Assembly (NCBI GenBank): GCA_003427395.1
Contig: BFEA01000042.1
Coordinates: 2,173,194-2,237,193 of the forward strand
Length of the DNA: 64,000 nucleotides
From: Chara braunii
Taxonomy: Eukaryota; Plantae; Charophyceae
Reading direction: 5' to 3'
The notes beneath the pieces were generated by a model that was given only the letters and a program-made list of their open reading frames with translations, searched no databases and had not been told where the DNA came from. The stretch's first letter is position 1. Every line of letters begins with the position of its first letter. Position numbers and translations under genes: made by a program. Below, in pieces: positions 13,235-25,160 of this stretch.

Positions 13235-13287
13235 GCCTCGACACGTTTCGCTGCCTGCCTGAGTACCCGGCAGACGCATCAGGAGGC
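13235..13287 (-). ncRNA. Minimal type I hammerhead ribozyme-like motif (Penelope-type), degenerate
   Basis: GCCTC-CTGATGC-GTCTGCC[GGGTACTCA]GGCAGGC-AGC-GAAAC-GT-GTC-GAGGC: perfect 5-bp stem I, stem II, tiny stem III, GUC site; core A9 is C. Confidence 0.65.
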
Positions 13288-13763
13288 TTCCTATCAAATC
13301 TAGCACACTGTTTTACCGTTAATGCTCACTCATGGTTAGATTTTTTTTTTTTTTTTTTTTTTTAATTCATGGTTAGATGATATGCATAGCGGCACTCTTT
13401 TATAGCTTAGCTAGTAGCTACTTATGCATCTCAACAGTTACTCCAACACGCTACTTATCCTTACCTGCTCACACACTCCCCTACGCTCCACACTCCTCTA
13501 TTCTAATCATATCTATTTTTTTACAAGCTATCCTCTATTCTACTCATTCGCCATCTATCAGTTAATGTACATAGTCTCTTTTCCAGACTCAGTCTGAATC
13601 ATTCATCCTTTCTCCTTCTCCATACGTAGAATCTGATAGAGATGTATAATTCCCTGGTTGGCGTTCATGTCATTCCATCCTATTAATTGATATTGTATCA
13701 GGGAGCTCGGGATCAAACCTTTCTTCCCACTCCCGTCAGCCTGTGTTGCCTACCTACTCCTGG

Positions 13764-14480
13764 GGCCAAGTCCCACTAGCAGCGTTGAGTTACCTCAACG
13801 CCCGAATGTGGACGAGTTCGTGGAGATGTGCAGAAATGGCGTTGAGTTCACTCAAAAGCACATCTCCGCAAACACGTCCAGATTCAGGAGTTGAGAAAAA
13901 ACTCAACACTGCTAGACTAAGGGCGTCGTTCGACACTCCTCGGGGCATCCTCGGGCTCCGAGGATGAATCCTCGGAAAAGTTTAGGGGTTTTGTCGTCTT
14001 CGTTCCACTCATCCTCGGAGCATCAGTTTTAGGACTTGTCCTCGGAGCAATGTCAGAAAAATAAAAGGAAAAAAAAAAGAAAAAAAGTTGTGCTGCAGGC
14101 TTTCAGCCAATAGGGTGCTGCCACGATCAGAATTCTTGGTTGTAACGTCTCTCTATGTGCATGCCCTCTCCTCTCCGTGAAACACGGATCCTCGGGCTCC
14201 AAGGGACCTCCGAGGACGATTTGGCTGGGAAATCCTCGGAGCCCAAGGATTTGTCCTCGGAGTGTTTTCACATTTCTGTTCCGAAAATCGGCTCCGAGGG
14301 AGGTCCCTTGGAGCCGAGGACGATTTGGCTGGGAAATCCTTGGAGCCCAAGGATTTGTCCTCAGAGTGTTTTCACATTTCTGTTCCGAAAATCGGCTCCG
14401 AGGACAGGTGGAACGACGACGGAATCCTCGGAATCGCGTCCCCGAGGAGTGTCGAAAGACGCCCTAAGTGGGACTTGGCC
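13764..14480. mobile_element. CCWGG-flanked MITE carrying a nested GGGC-family MITE
   Basis: TIR GGCCAAGTCCCAC / GTGGGACTTGGCC; CCTGG at 13759-13763 and 14481-14485. Confidence 0.85.
13921..14464. mobile_element. GGGC-family MITE (nested) with an internal ~105-bp tandem duplication
   Basis: TIR GGGCGTCGTTCGACACTCCTCGGG / CCCGAGGAGTGTCGAAAGACGCCC; TAA TSD (13918-13920, 14465-14467). Confidence 0.9.
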
Positions 14481-14596
14481 CCTGGGCTGCTGGGCATATA
14501 TCCAAGTTCCAACCGAGTATCCCCTAAGGCTTCTGCATACTCTTCGAGTGGCTAAGCCGCTTCCTCTTCTCTCTCTCTACCAATCTGTTCTCAGCA

Positions 14597-14806
14597 GGGG
14601 TATCTTCAGTAGTAGAGTCAGAAAAACGAGTAACTGTTATAATTGCCCTATGGACCAAGATACAGTTTGCAATTGCACTTCGGGCACCCTACCTGGCCAG
14701 AAAGCTGGGTTCTATACATTATACATTGCCCAAACTGCAATTCAAAATTGTATCTTGGCCCATAGTGCAATTATAACTCGTTTTTGTGACTCCCGCTTAG
14801 TTTCCC
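14597..14806. mobile_element. Foldback-like MITE with long (~55 bp) inverted arms; homolog at 59872-60079
   Basis: GAGTCAGAAAAACGAGT..TTATAATTGC.CTATGG.CCAAGATACA is mirrored by TGTATCTTGGCCCATAGTGCAATTATAACTCGTTTTTGTGACTC. Confidence 0.75.
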
Positions 14807-14897
14807 CAACTTTCCCTGTTCTCAGTATATTCTATAAACGGAGATGGCATTGTAATCTCCCCCCTCCGTATCCTCAATCCTTTTGCAGTGGTGGCTA

Positions 14898-15002
14898 CCG
14901 TCTTCACCCGAATAGAACGCTCGGTAATTATCGCTGCATCTGGACGGAAAGTTGGGCCAAATACGGCTATAATGACCAGGCGTTCTATTCGGGTGAAGAG
15001 GG
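14898..15002. mobile_element. TA-flanked MITE (Tc1/mariner-pogo-like); relatives at 34621-34799 and 42837-42941
   Basis: TIR CCGTCTTCACCCGAATAGAACG / CGTTCTATTCGGGTGAAGAGGG, TA on both sides. Confidence 0.8.
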
Positions 15003-15972
15003 TAGGGTTGTCTGTCGCTGCGCATGATCCCGCCTGGATCATGCCACCAGAGAGGCGCCCTGATCGCATCTATTGTTTTTTTTTTTTTTTTTTTTTTAAT
15101 TCCACAGTGGTATGGTAAACACTGATATTATGTTCTGTATGTATCCCATTATCTAGGTCGGGTGCCCCTTCAGCATAGTACTCGCTTTCCAATTCGGATG
15201 CCAGATCTGCTCCTCGAAGGTACAGTCCGTGATTATAACCCGCTTGAATTGAATCACCTACTTTTAAAGTAAAAATCATTCTTTTTTTTCTTTTTTTCTT
15301 GCCAATATTATTATTATTTTTTTTTTATTGGAAGATAGTGCCAAAAGAGCATCCCAGGCTTAACAATCCGGTACATAGACCCCAAAAACACTAAGTCTGG
15401 AGGGCAGTGGTAAGAGCACGTACCCTCCCGAAGACTCGCCCTTTGATTACTCCATTCTATTGGTGGGGAGCTGCACCTGCTGGAAAACGGGTCCAGCGTC
15501 CCTTATATCAAAGTATAGATCATATGAGTGCTGCCCGAGTGTCCTGCGGGAGAACCAAGTCATCCTTCTCATCCCACTGCCCTCCAGAGGAACGTCCGCC
15601 TGATTGTTGTAAAAAAAAAAAAAAAGTCTTGCCAAAATTAGTCAACAAACCTTTCGGAAAAGTTCAAAGGACGGTCGAAAAAAATCTTGATAAGAATCAG
15701 GACCGCTGCCAGCTCCTGCTTTACACTGTAATCTTACAGGATGCTTCCGGAAAATAGGTAAATGAAATAAAATAAAATAAAATACATTATAATCAATGGA
15801 TTTACCAAAAAACATTGCACACTACTATCTACCGCTAAACACTTCCCAAGTGCAGGTGTACATCCTGGAGAGGTTCTCCCTCCACGGGCCTCTAGGGACC
15901 ACCTGGCAAACTTTGCCAGAGCGCCGAGAGAGAGAGAGACAGAGAGACGCCAGTCATTGCGCAATGATTGGC

Positions 15973-16043
<71 letters not shown>

Positions 16044-16568
16044 NNNNNNNNNNNNNNNNNNNNNNNNNNNNNNNNNNNNNNNNNNNNNNNNNNNNNNNNN
16101 NNNNNNNNNNNNNNNNNNNNNNNNNNNNNNNNNNNNNNNNNNNNNNNNNNNNNNNNNNNNNNNNNNNNNNNNNNNNNNNNNNNNNNNNNNNNNNNNNNNN
16201 NNNNNNNNNNNNNNNNNNNNNNNNNNNNNNNNNNNNNNNNNNNNNNNNNNNNNNNNNNNNNNNNNNNNNNNNNNNNNNNNNNNNNNNNNNNNNNNNNNNN
16301 NNNNNNNNNNNNNNNNNNNNNNNNNNNNNNNNNNNNNNNNNNNNNNNNNNNNNNNNNNNNNNNNNNNNNNNNNNNNNNNNNNNNNNNNNNNNNNNNNNNN
16401 NNNNNNNNNNNNNNNNNNNNNNNNNNNNNNNNNNNNNNNNNNNNNNNNNNNNNNNNNNNNNNNNNNNNNNNNNNNNNNNNNNNNNNNNNNNNNNNNNNNN
16501 NNNNNNNNNNNNNNNNNNNNNNNNNNNNNNNNNNNNNNNNNNNNNNNNNNNNNNNNNNNNNNNNNNNN

Positions 16569-16665
<97 letters not shown>

Positions 16666-16916
16666 GGGCAGGAAGTTCAAACGAGAATTAATCTTCCGGA
16701 TTCCGTGAGAAGATCCGGTCTCGTTTTGAGCTCTCTCGCTCTCTCTATCTCACACACACACACAGCGACACACACAACGCGCCGTTGGGAGGCTCAAAAC
16801 GAGATTGAATTTTCCTGTGGAATGCGAAGATTCATTTTCGCCTCCCAACGAGACTGAATTTTCCTGTGGAATGGTGAAGATTCATTTTCGCACACACGGG
16901 GATATATATATCGTCA

Positions 16917-17143
16917 CAAATAGAACTGCCCGGTAAACCTTAGGCAGAGAGAGAGAAGAGGACAACAAACGAGGGGCTGTGACAAACTGTTTCGTCGGAG
17001 TTTCACGGATATATATATATACATAAAGGTTCAGCCTCCTGATGAGTCCGTGAAACTCCGACGAAACAGTTTGCCACAGCCCCTCATTTGTTGTCCTCTT
17101 GTCCCTCCCTCTCTGCCTACGGTTTACCGGGGAGCTCTGTTTG
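16917..17143. repeat. ~95-bp imperfect inverted repeat containing a hammerhead core (Penelope pseudo-LTR-like)
   Basis: Arms 16917-17009 and 17047-17143; CTGATGA (17039-17045) GTC...GAC GAAAC on the + strand. Confidence 0.6.
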
Positions 17144-17399
17144 AATAGGTAATGTCTTATGATTTTTTATTATTATTATTATTTTGAAACTGTGTTGGGC
17201 TTTAATATTAAAAAATCACATGAGTCGAGGCCGGGGACCTCATAATTCTACCTGGAATACTGAGGCCAATACTCAGCTTAGGCTCATGTTGGAAATCAGG
17301 TCCAACCTCCTTACCTCCTACGTTCAATGAAAAATCACGGAAAAGCTGGAAAGGAGGTCAAGCGTCCTTATCCTATGAAAACTACCTACCCAACTTAAA

Positions 17400-18100
17400 C
17401 TGAGCAGGCAAACCAGGAATAGTTGAAATCACAGTTGTGGCCGAGGCCATGGCCATGGGTCCGGTCCAATTCTTCCCATAGCAGACGGGAAAAGAACATG
17501 TTTCCTGAGCTTGTTTTCCCTGCCCGTTGGAAGGGAAAATCCCAGTAACTTGTGTGTCTTTTGGTCGTTTGCTGAGGAAGCAATCTCGCAATTTTGCTTC
17601 CCAAATTCCACAAAAATCAGCATTCGCAATGCATATTTGAACATGTTCCTCAGGGCGATCTCTTTGCTCTTATCAGCATCGCTAGCACTTGAGGGATCTG
17701 TTTCTTCAAAAAAATAAAATAAAAAAAAATGTAACCTTGCCACTAAATCGGCTATCTCTTCTGGCCAGCTATAATAGCCAGAATCCAATGGCCCGAAACT
17801 TCAGGGCTACTATTTTACCCGTGGATATTTCTGTTGTACCAGTCAATATGAATGACTGATTCCACAGGGATGAGTTCCCATAAGCCTTCATCCATATACC
17901 TTGGATCCATTCCCAGAATCCCCGTGCCACTACACATTCTCACCACAGGTGTGCAGAGGTTTCGACCATTGGGTATGGACATTGATCACAGAATACACTG
18001 ATCTGCATCCCTTTTTCTGTACACCATCCTGCTGTTGGAACACAAGAGTGCATATGCATCCATCGTAACCCTGCAATCTTAACTTCCGTGATGCCCTGAA
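17400..18100 (-). mobile_element. LINE ORF2 zinc-finger relic
   Basis: Minus translation VKIAGLRWMHMHSCVPTAGWC...FCDQCP...ETSAHLW*EC...RGFWEWI...NQSFILTG resembles the zinc-finger regions of the other LINEs here. The lower boundary is approximate. Confidence 0.75.
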
Positions 18101-18208
18101 GCATTTTACAGTATTAAGGAAACCATACCGACGAAAAGGTGCCCAAATTCATCGATTGTGACCTCTTGTTCCACGAGGACCATGACTGTGCAAGAGTGAT
18201 GGTGCTTT

Positions 18209-18673
18209 GGGGCTGGTTCGACACTCCTCGGGCACGTAAAGTCCCCGAGGAATTATTGGTTCCACCTGTCCTTGGGGATGCAATCGGGAAAAAAAAAGTG
18301 AAAACACTCCGAGGTACTCCAAGGGAAATTCCTTGGGCTCCGACGATTCCCCAGCCATTTCTTCCTATTGCCCAAGGGACTCACGAGGTCCCTTGGGCAA
18401 AAGGAATCCGCGTTTCATGGAGAGGAGCGGGCACACGCGTAGAGAGACGTTACAACCGAGAATCTGGATCGTGGCGGCACCCTATTGGCTGAAGGCCTTA
18501 AGCACATTTGTTTTTTTTTCTTTTTTCTTTTTTCTTTTCTGACATCGCTCCAAGGAAACGTCCTCGGGCGACGTCCCCGAGGACAGGTGGAACGAAGGGC
18601 CAAATTTCCTTTTGACTAAAAGGAAATTTTCCTCGGGCTCCGAGAACGCCCCAAGGAGTGTCGAACGAACCCC
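18209..18673. mobile_element. GGGC-family MITE
   Basis: TIR GGGGCTGGTTCGACACTCCT / AGGAGTGTCGAACGAACCCC; TTT TSD; inverted homolog at 22695-23149. Confidence 0.88.
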
Positions 18674-18712
18674 TTTATGTCTTACGATTTTCGCTTCCCT
18701 GGTACGTCCAGG

Positions 18713-18807
18713 GGCCAAGTCCCACTTCCGCTGATTCTTCATTTCTGGCCGTTGATCTTCCGAATCTACGGTCAGAAGTTGAGATTTTGTGTAAGTGGGA
18801 CTTGGCC
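18713..18807. mobile_element. CCWGG-type mini-MITE (95 bp)
   Basis: TIR GGCCAAGTCCCACTT / AAGTGGGACTTGGCC; flanks CCAGG / CCGGG. Confidence 0.8.
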
Positions 18808-19378
18808 CCGGGCCTCCAAAGCCCCCGGACGGGTTGAGATTTTTACCGGTACTATGGGTTGGGGGGTCGCCTGACCATGGGACCAGCACGCGCGCGTCAT
18901 CTGGTTTGTGGTGGCAGAGCGCGCCTGGGGCGAGGTCCCACTTGCGAAGTAGGGTTGGGTTAACTGCCTGAATCTGGATGTGTTTTACACAGAGATGCAG
19001 AACAGCAGATGTGTCGTCAGTTTGGGCACCTTCAGTCCAATCCTTATTTCTGGTGGGACCTTTGTTTTTCTCTTTGGTTTCTTTTTTATAGCACAATCTC
19101 ATTCCTTTTCTTCTTCTTGCATTTTTAAATCTTTTTTTGTTGGTAGAAAGGAAGACTTTCCCGCTACAGATAGCTCGAGGCTCGGCAATGCCCGCCGGAC
19201 TTGATAGTTTGCTGGCGTGCCTAAATTGCGTTTTTTCATTGGAGCATGATTAAGCCACATCATGGTCAGCTCACTCATTGAAAGGATGATCAAATCATAA
19301 CACCCTTTGAAGCTCAATTTCGTCACGCCAGCAAAATATTCCAATCCTACCCCTTAAGCAGCATTGGCTGTGGGGGAA

Positions 19379-19576
19379 GGTATATGGTCCTCTGTGCGCC
19401 GGATTTGGGTTAAAGTTTTGGTGAGCGCCAGCGGATGAAGGCGGTAGAGGGTGGAGGAGCGTGCAGAGGGGTGCGCGTAGGTATGTGGTCCTCTGTGCGC
19501 CTGATTTGGGTTCAGGACTTGGTGAGGGCTGGCGGATGAAGGCGATAGAGGGTGGTGGAGTGTGCAGAGGGGCGCG
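19379..19576. repeat. Tandem duplication, 2 x ~100 bp
   Basis: GGTAT.TGGTCCTCTGTGCGCC.GATTTGGGTT...GCGGATGAAGGCG.TAGAGGGTGG repeated. Confidence 0.85.
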
Positions 19577-20066
19577 TGAACGGAAATGTTCACAGCGTGC
19601 AATTAAATGAGAGAGCGCGCCCCGGGGGCGGTGCGGTCGTTGATGCGGATGAACAACTCGGAAGGAGAGCCATCCGATAGTGGGCGGGGATAGTTTTGCT
19701 CCCCCTTTTCTTTGATTTTTTGTTTTCCCGCCCGTCGTTTTGCTCCCCTTTTCTTTTGTTCATTTTCCCGCCCGTCTTTTTGCTCCCCTTTTCTTTTTTG
19801 TCGTTTTCACTCCTGACGTTTTGCTCCCCCCCTTCTTTTTCCCGTTTTCCCGCCCTTGTTTTGTGCCCCGTTTTCTTGTTTTTGTGTTCCTGCCCCTTGT
19901 TTTGTGCACCTTTTGTTTTTTTTTGTTTGGCCGTGGGTTCTATTGGTTTCCCAGCTGTTAAAGAGGTGTGGCCGCAGGTTTGGTAGGGTGCGCGGTTCTT
20001 TTTCCTGATGGTTTTCCAGGCAAAAGAAGAAAAACACCCATGCCCGCCTGCTCGCTTTCCCACACA

Positions 20067-20104
<38 letters not shown>

Positions 20105-20244
20105 TTGATATTTTGAAGCCTGCTGCTAACTGTTGTAGCTGGGGTTTGATCCCATGCACAAATTTCAGAAACCAAACTGCTGGATGAGATTTAACTGTTG
20201 AGGTAGTTTATGTCCTTGTGTGGTTCTGGGGACTTTTTTTTTAA

Positions 20245-20444
20245 CCACCAGTACTTGGCCCAGCTATCGGTCGCGGCACTTCTCCGTTAACGCGCCGCGG
20301 CATTTGGGCTTTGGCCTACCGGACCGCATTGGCTGGAGGCCACAGCCAAAATGCAAACAAAAACGACCGACGGCGGTTCGGCAGGACTTGGCGCGCAGGG
20401 GGCTGGAAGGCTCGGCTTCGATAGCTGGGCCAAGTACTGGTGGC
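20245..20444. mobile_element. TTAA-flanked MITE; relatives at 31021-31170, 32486-32640 and a right end near 4805-4823
   Basis: TIR CCACCAGTACTTGGCCCAGCTATCG / CGATAGCTGGGCCAAGTACTGGTGG; TTAA on both sides. Confidence 0.85.
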
Positions 20445-21020
20445 TTAAGTGTATCCCATGCCAGGCAGCTGGCACAGGATGTGTCTGTGTGTCCAAACCC
20501 TAACCATGCAGAGTGTGGGAAATTGGCTGAATGGCAGAAATGGAAAATGTGTCGAATTGCCGGCGTGATGCATTTTGCAGCCGAAACGATTTTTGAAATC
20601 AAACTCACGATCTTCTTCACTTTGCATATTCACACTGGTGCTGTGCGCCCACACAAAGCTCAGAGATAATCAAGCCAAGAACACAGTTCAGATACAAACT
20701 CGCTTCGAGCTGGCGATGGCGCCTGAGCGCCCACACATCCTCTGTCCAACACTGTGTTCACCCAACTATTCACACGCACTCGACTCCGGATCTCCCTGAA
20801 TATCCCATGCACACTCACTCAGTACCATACACACACACACTGAACTCCACCTCTAAACTTGTGCGGCCATGGCCGCCTAACTCCTACTGGCTATGGACAC
20901 TCTCTCTCTTCAGCCCACTTCGACCTCTAGCATCTGCAGACCACCTCGCAAAAGACGCCTGGCAGCGTTTCCACATGGCTCACGCAGGAATGAATGAATG
21001 GCTGGACGCTGCCTCTTCAT

Positions 21021-21177
21021 TTATACTTCTGTAAGTCCCTGGTCTGCCCTTTTCCACCGAGCCCATGGTGCACACAGTCCCTCATGGTACTTGCTGACTG
21101 TACGAAGTGAGACTGGGACTGGGTACCGCTGACTAAGCGAAGTTGGACTCACCACTTGCCCACTTGCCTCTGGTCTG
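21021..21177 (-). CDS. Putative terminal exon of an unknown host gene
   Basis: Acceptor TTTCTTCTCATGTTATACACAG|C; phase matches the donor at 22134; open to TAA at 21021 (SRPEASGQ...LTEV*). Confidence 0.45.
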
Positions 21178-22133
21178 CTGTGTATAACATGAGAAGAAAC
21201 TTGAAAGGCCACTTCCCAAAAAAAAAAAAAAAAAAAAAAAAAGAAAGGCCACTTCCAGACCNNNNNNNNNNNNNNNNNNNNNNNNNNNNNNNNNNNNNNN
21301 NNNNNNNNNNNNNNNNNNNNNNNNNNNNNNNNNNNNNNNNNNNNNNNNNNNNNNNNNNNNNNNNNNNNNNNNNNNNNNNNNNNNNNNNNNNNNNNNNNNN
21401 NNNNNNNNNNNNNNNNNNNNNNNNNNNNNNNNNNNNNNNNNNNNNNNNNNNNNNNNNNNNNNNNNNNNNNNNNNNNNNNNNNNNNNNNNNNNNNNNNNNN
21501 NNNNNNNNNNNNNNNNNNNNNNNNNNNNNNNNNNNNNNNNNNNNNNNNNNNNNNNNNNNNNNNNNNNNNNNNNNNNNNNNNNNNNNNNNNNNNNNNNNNN
21601 NNNNNNNNNNNNNNNNNNNNNNNNNNNNNNNNNNNNNNNNNNNNNNNNNNNNNNNNNNNNNNNNNNNNNNNNNNNNNNNNNNNNNNNNNNNNNNNNNNNN
21701 NNNNNNNNNNNNNNNNNNNNNNNNNNNNNNNNNNNNNNNNNNNNNNNNNNNNNNNNNNNNNNNNNNNNNNNNNNNNNNNNNNNNNNNNNNNNNNNNNNNN
21801 NNNNNNNNNNNNNNNNNNNNNNNNNNNNNNNNNNNNNNNNNNNNNNNNNNNNNNNNNNNNNNNNNNNNNNNNNNNNNNNNNNNNNNNNNNNNNNNNNNNN
21901 NNNNNNNNNNNNNNNNNNNNNNNNNNNNNNNNNNNNNNNNNNNNNNNNNNNNNNNNNNNNNNNNNNNNNNNNNNNNTCACAGGCAAACGCGAAGTCTCAA
22001 GAGTAGCCTACTCCGAAGAAGTGGGGGGCTCGGGGCAGGGATGGAGGCCAAAAACAGAAAAAAGAAAAAGAAGAAATAAAAAAGTAAAGAAACGAGGAAC
22101 TTTAGAATCCACCTACGTCCGGAAGGCCCTCAC

Positions 22134-22311
22134 CTCACCATTGCTTTGAGGAATGTATCTGGCCAGGAAGTGAGGACCTGAAACAGGTCGTTTTCCTTTT
22201 TTGTTTCTTCTGTGAGGTCCTTGTAGCGCCCTGCCAGCCTGCCAGGGCGGATTCCACGCGAGGCAGCTAACTGCCTCTCTTCATTCAGTTCCAGACAAAC
22301 ACTGTAGCATC
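22134..22311 (-). CDS. Putative internal exon of an unknown host gene
   Basis: Acceptor CCTGTACAG|GA, donor AG|GTGAGG; open frame GCYSVCLELNEERQ...WPDTFLKAMV; 178 nt, phase 1 in, phase 2 out. Confidence 0.6.
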
Positions 22312-22343
22312 CTGTACAGGACCGCAATCACAGCATAAGGGAT

Positions 22344-22384
<41 letters not shown>

Positions 22385-22694
22385 CTGCTGTTCGTGGATA
22401 GACGAGGGCCCTGATGTAACTGTGCAGCCCGAGTTTCAAGCAATTGAAACTGGGGCCCTGACTAAACTGCTAAAACGCAGTTTCAAATGCAATTACAAAC
22501 TGCTTTCCTGACTGTGCCGTAGTTACCCCTTTTTATTTTTATTTTGGTATACTTTTCCTACAAAGTTCACAATTAAACCTATGAGCTCTGAAATTTTCAC
22601 ATTTTTTCTAATATTCTTCTGAGCTTCAAAAATGATGGAAGACGCAGTACTTTTCTGCTAGCCAGAACATGGCTTAGTGGTGAAAATGGAGAAA

Positions 22695-23149
22695 GGGGCT
22701 CGTTAGACACTCCTATTGAAATCCTCAGGCAAAAGGAAAAATTCCTCTTGGTTCAAAAGGAAATTTGGGCGCTTCGTTCCACCTGTCCTCGGGGACGTCG
22801 GACATTTCCTTCGAGCGATGTCAGAATTGAAAAGAAAAAGGAAAAGAAAAAAAAAATCAAATGTGCTTGAGGCCTTCAGCCAATAGGGTGCCACCACGAT
22901 CCAGATTCTCTGTTGTAATGTCTCTCTATCCATGTGCCCGCTCCTCTCCGTGAAAAGCGGATTCCTTTTGCCCAAGGGACCTCCTGAGGTCCCTTGGGCA
23001 AAAGGAAGAAATGGCTGGGGAATCCTCGGAGCCCAAGGAATTTCCTTCAGAGTGTTTTCACTTTTTTTTTCTGACTGCATCCCCGAGGATAGGTGGAACG
23101 AACAATTCCTCGGGGACTTTACGCGCCTGAGGAGTGTCTAACAAGCCCC
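22695..23149. mobile_element. GGGC-family MITE
   Basis: TIR GGGGCTCGTTAGACACTCCT / AGGAGTGTCTAACAAGCCCC; AAA TSD. Confidence 0.88.
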
Positions 23150-23619
23150 AAAGTGCCGAATTCACGAGGTGATTGTTTAACGGTTGAAATGATTTTCTTT
23201 TTTTAATATATTTTTACTGAAAGATCAAAACATAACCCGTGGCCCCTGCAATTTTCATTTTTTTTAACACATTTTTATGAACGCAAAAAATCAGTGAAAT
23301 CTCGATGCGTTTTCCCTTGGCTGGCACAATATCATGGCAACGTTGGCGAAACGGTGAATGCGCCTCCTCAGGGGGAATTTCCACCTTCTTCAACCCTACA
23401 CAGAAACGAGCATTCCTCCAACCCACTTCAGCAGTCTACCCGCTACGAGTGGCCCGGGTCACTTCCCCGGCAGGGCCAAAAAAAAAAAAAAAAAAAAAAG
23501 TTCAATTTTATTTTTTATTCTAAATTTGGTGAAGAATCTCTATGTGACCCTGAGGCGAAAGTTGTTCACCTGACCCTTTTGGGATTGGTGGCGCCACGCC
23601 TCCGTTCCAATCCCGGGTG

Positions 23620-24060
23620 TGCGGGCCAGATGGGATGATCTCTTTGTGCTTTTGGGAACAGCTTCTAGACGAACTCGGCCTTCTGATCGTTATTCCCATC
23701 ATGCTGAAGAAACGCTACGTGCTGCCATTCTTAGTACTTTGTGGAATCTTCGTAATTTGGCAGTCCGTCCGTAGGGGGGAACAGACAACCCCCCCTACTT
23801 GTATGAGTAGAGCTGAAGTTAAATACAACATTTTTTTTTATTATTTTTTTTTAAACAAAGCTCCATCTATTGACGGGGAACATTAAACTGGCAATATCTG
23901 CAGAATGGGTGTGCAGAAGAAAGGTTATACGGCTAAAGCGCTCAAATGGTTTTGTACCAAATGGGGAGCCTTTGACGGACTGTGTACAGTCAACTTGCAG
24001 GGGGGGATCTTTCCTGCCTTGGTCGTTTCTAATTTCTTTTTGTGATTTCTTTTAGTGCTA
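23620..24060 (+). mobile_element. LINE (family B) C-terminal relic, interrupted by a tiny retroposed tail
   Basis: HAEETLRAAILSTLWNLRN...RAEVKY..IKLAISAEW; the insertion at ~23830-23880 is flanked by an AACATT duplication. Confidence 0.75.
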
Positions 24061-24319
24061 ATGAATGATGATAGGAATGAAAGGGGTGTATTCCCATTGT
24101 CCTTGACCTTGTCACAAAAGGTTAAAAGGTTGAAAGATACGGTGAATATTTGGTGATTGACTGTTTAGTTAACTGCACATTGTAGGGTTGCTGTTATAGG
24201 ATAGTTACCTTTTAAGTTTTAATCCTTCTGTAGTATAGTTCTCCTTTGTAGCTTGTCTTCCCTTACTTCCTGTAGCTATTGATATGCCTTTCTTTTTCTT
24301 TCTTTTTTTTTGTATCTTA

Positions 24320-25160
24320 CCTTTTTTTTTTTTTTTTTTAATTTTTAAATCACTGTATTATCATTGCCGAAAACCGGGTCCGGCATCCCTTACATCTGTA
24401 CTGTGGCCTTATAGGCTGGGTGAGGCACTCCCGGCCAATCCCATCCCGACCACAGTCGAAAACAATCCAACAGGTTCCTGAGTCTAGCTACCAATCAATC
24501 ATCCAAAATTTCAAAACCATGGTTGACCTACACTAGCTAATGTACAATCTATCTATCAAAACGTCCTCCCATCTCGAACTGGGTTTCAAAGGTATCCTCC
24601 CACCTCAAGCAAAGAGTTGCCCTATAGACTCAAAAAAACGATATTTTAATATCAAAAAGCTACAACAAGAAAGCTAACACAAAGAAGTTCGAAAACCGTA
24701 TCACGAGTGTACCATCCTGAACCGTGTCCGCAGTAACCAAGCCCGAGAAGTTACCCATTTATTTCCAAACCATTGGACAGACTTTGCCGAAAATCCTTTT
24801 TTCTGAACCCGATACTCCCAGTCTGCCGATACAGGTCGTTCATACTCAATGTAGCACAAAATGTGAGGCTTTAATCTCGCGGAGGACATAATGTGCTAAA
24901 CATGAAACTAGGTTGTTTGATTGCATATTTGATTTCTGCTCTAACCATCGGCGGAGTTAAATGCTCATTGAATTTCTTTCTCAAACTTGCGTTTCTGAGG
25001 TTCCAAAGAGTCCACGAAATGGCTCCTCTGATAGTCTCTTCCGCATGAGCAAATTGTGTCTGTGGAGTCGTTCTCCTGGCAGACGTTCCTAGGAGGATGA
25101 AGTCATCCTCCCAGCGGGAATCCACAGCAGGGAGCGGAACATCCGACTGTCTCCACCAAT
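24320..25160 (-). mobile_element. 5'-truncated LINE (family B) 3' end with UTR, terminal hairpin and poly(A)
   Basis: WWRQSDVPLPAVDSRWEDDFILLG...AEETIRGAISWTLWNLRN...VRAEIKYAIKQ; 3' hairpin at 24366-24389, with poly-T beside it on the + strand. Confidence 0.88.

Noticed and set aside
15796-16857. Long ORFs spanning N-runs (also 21021-22079, 29832-30704, 51561-52514, 55811-57583)
   Set aside because: Their length comes from gaps and (CT)n/(GT)n microsatellites.
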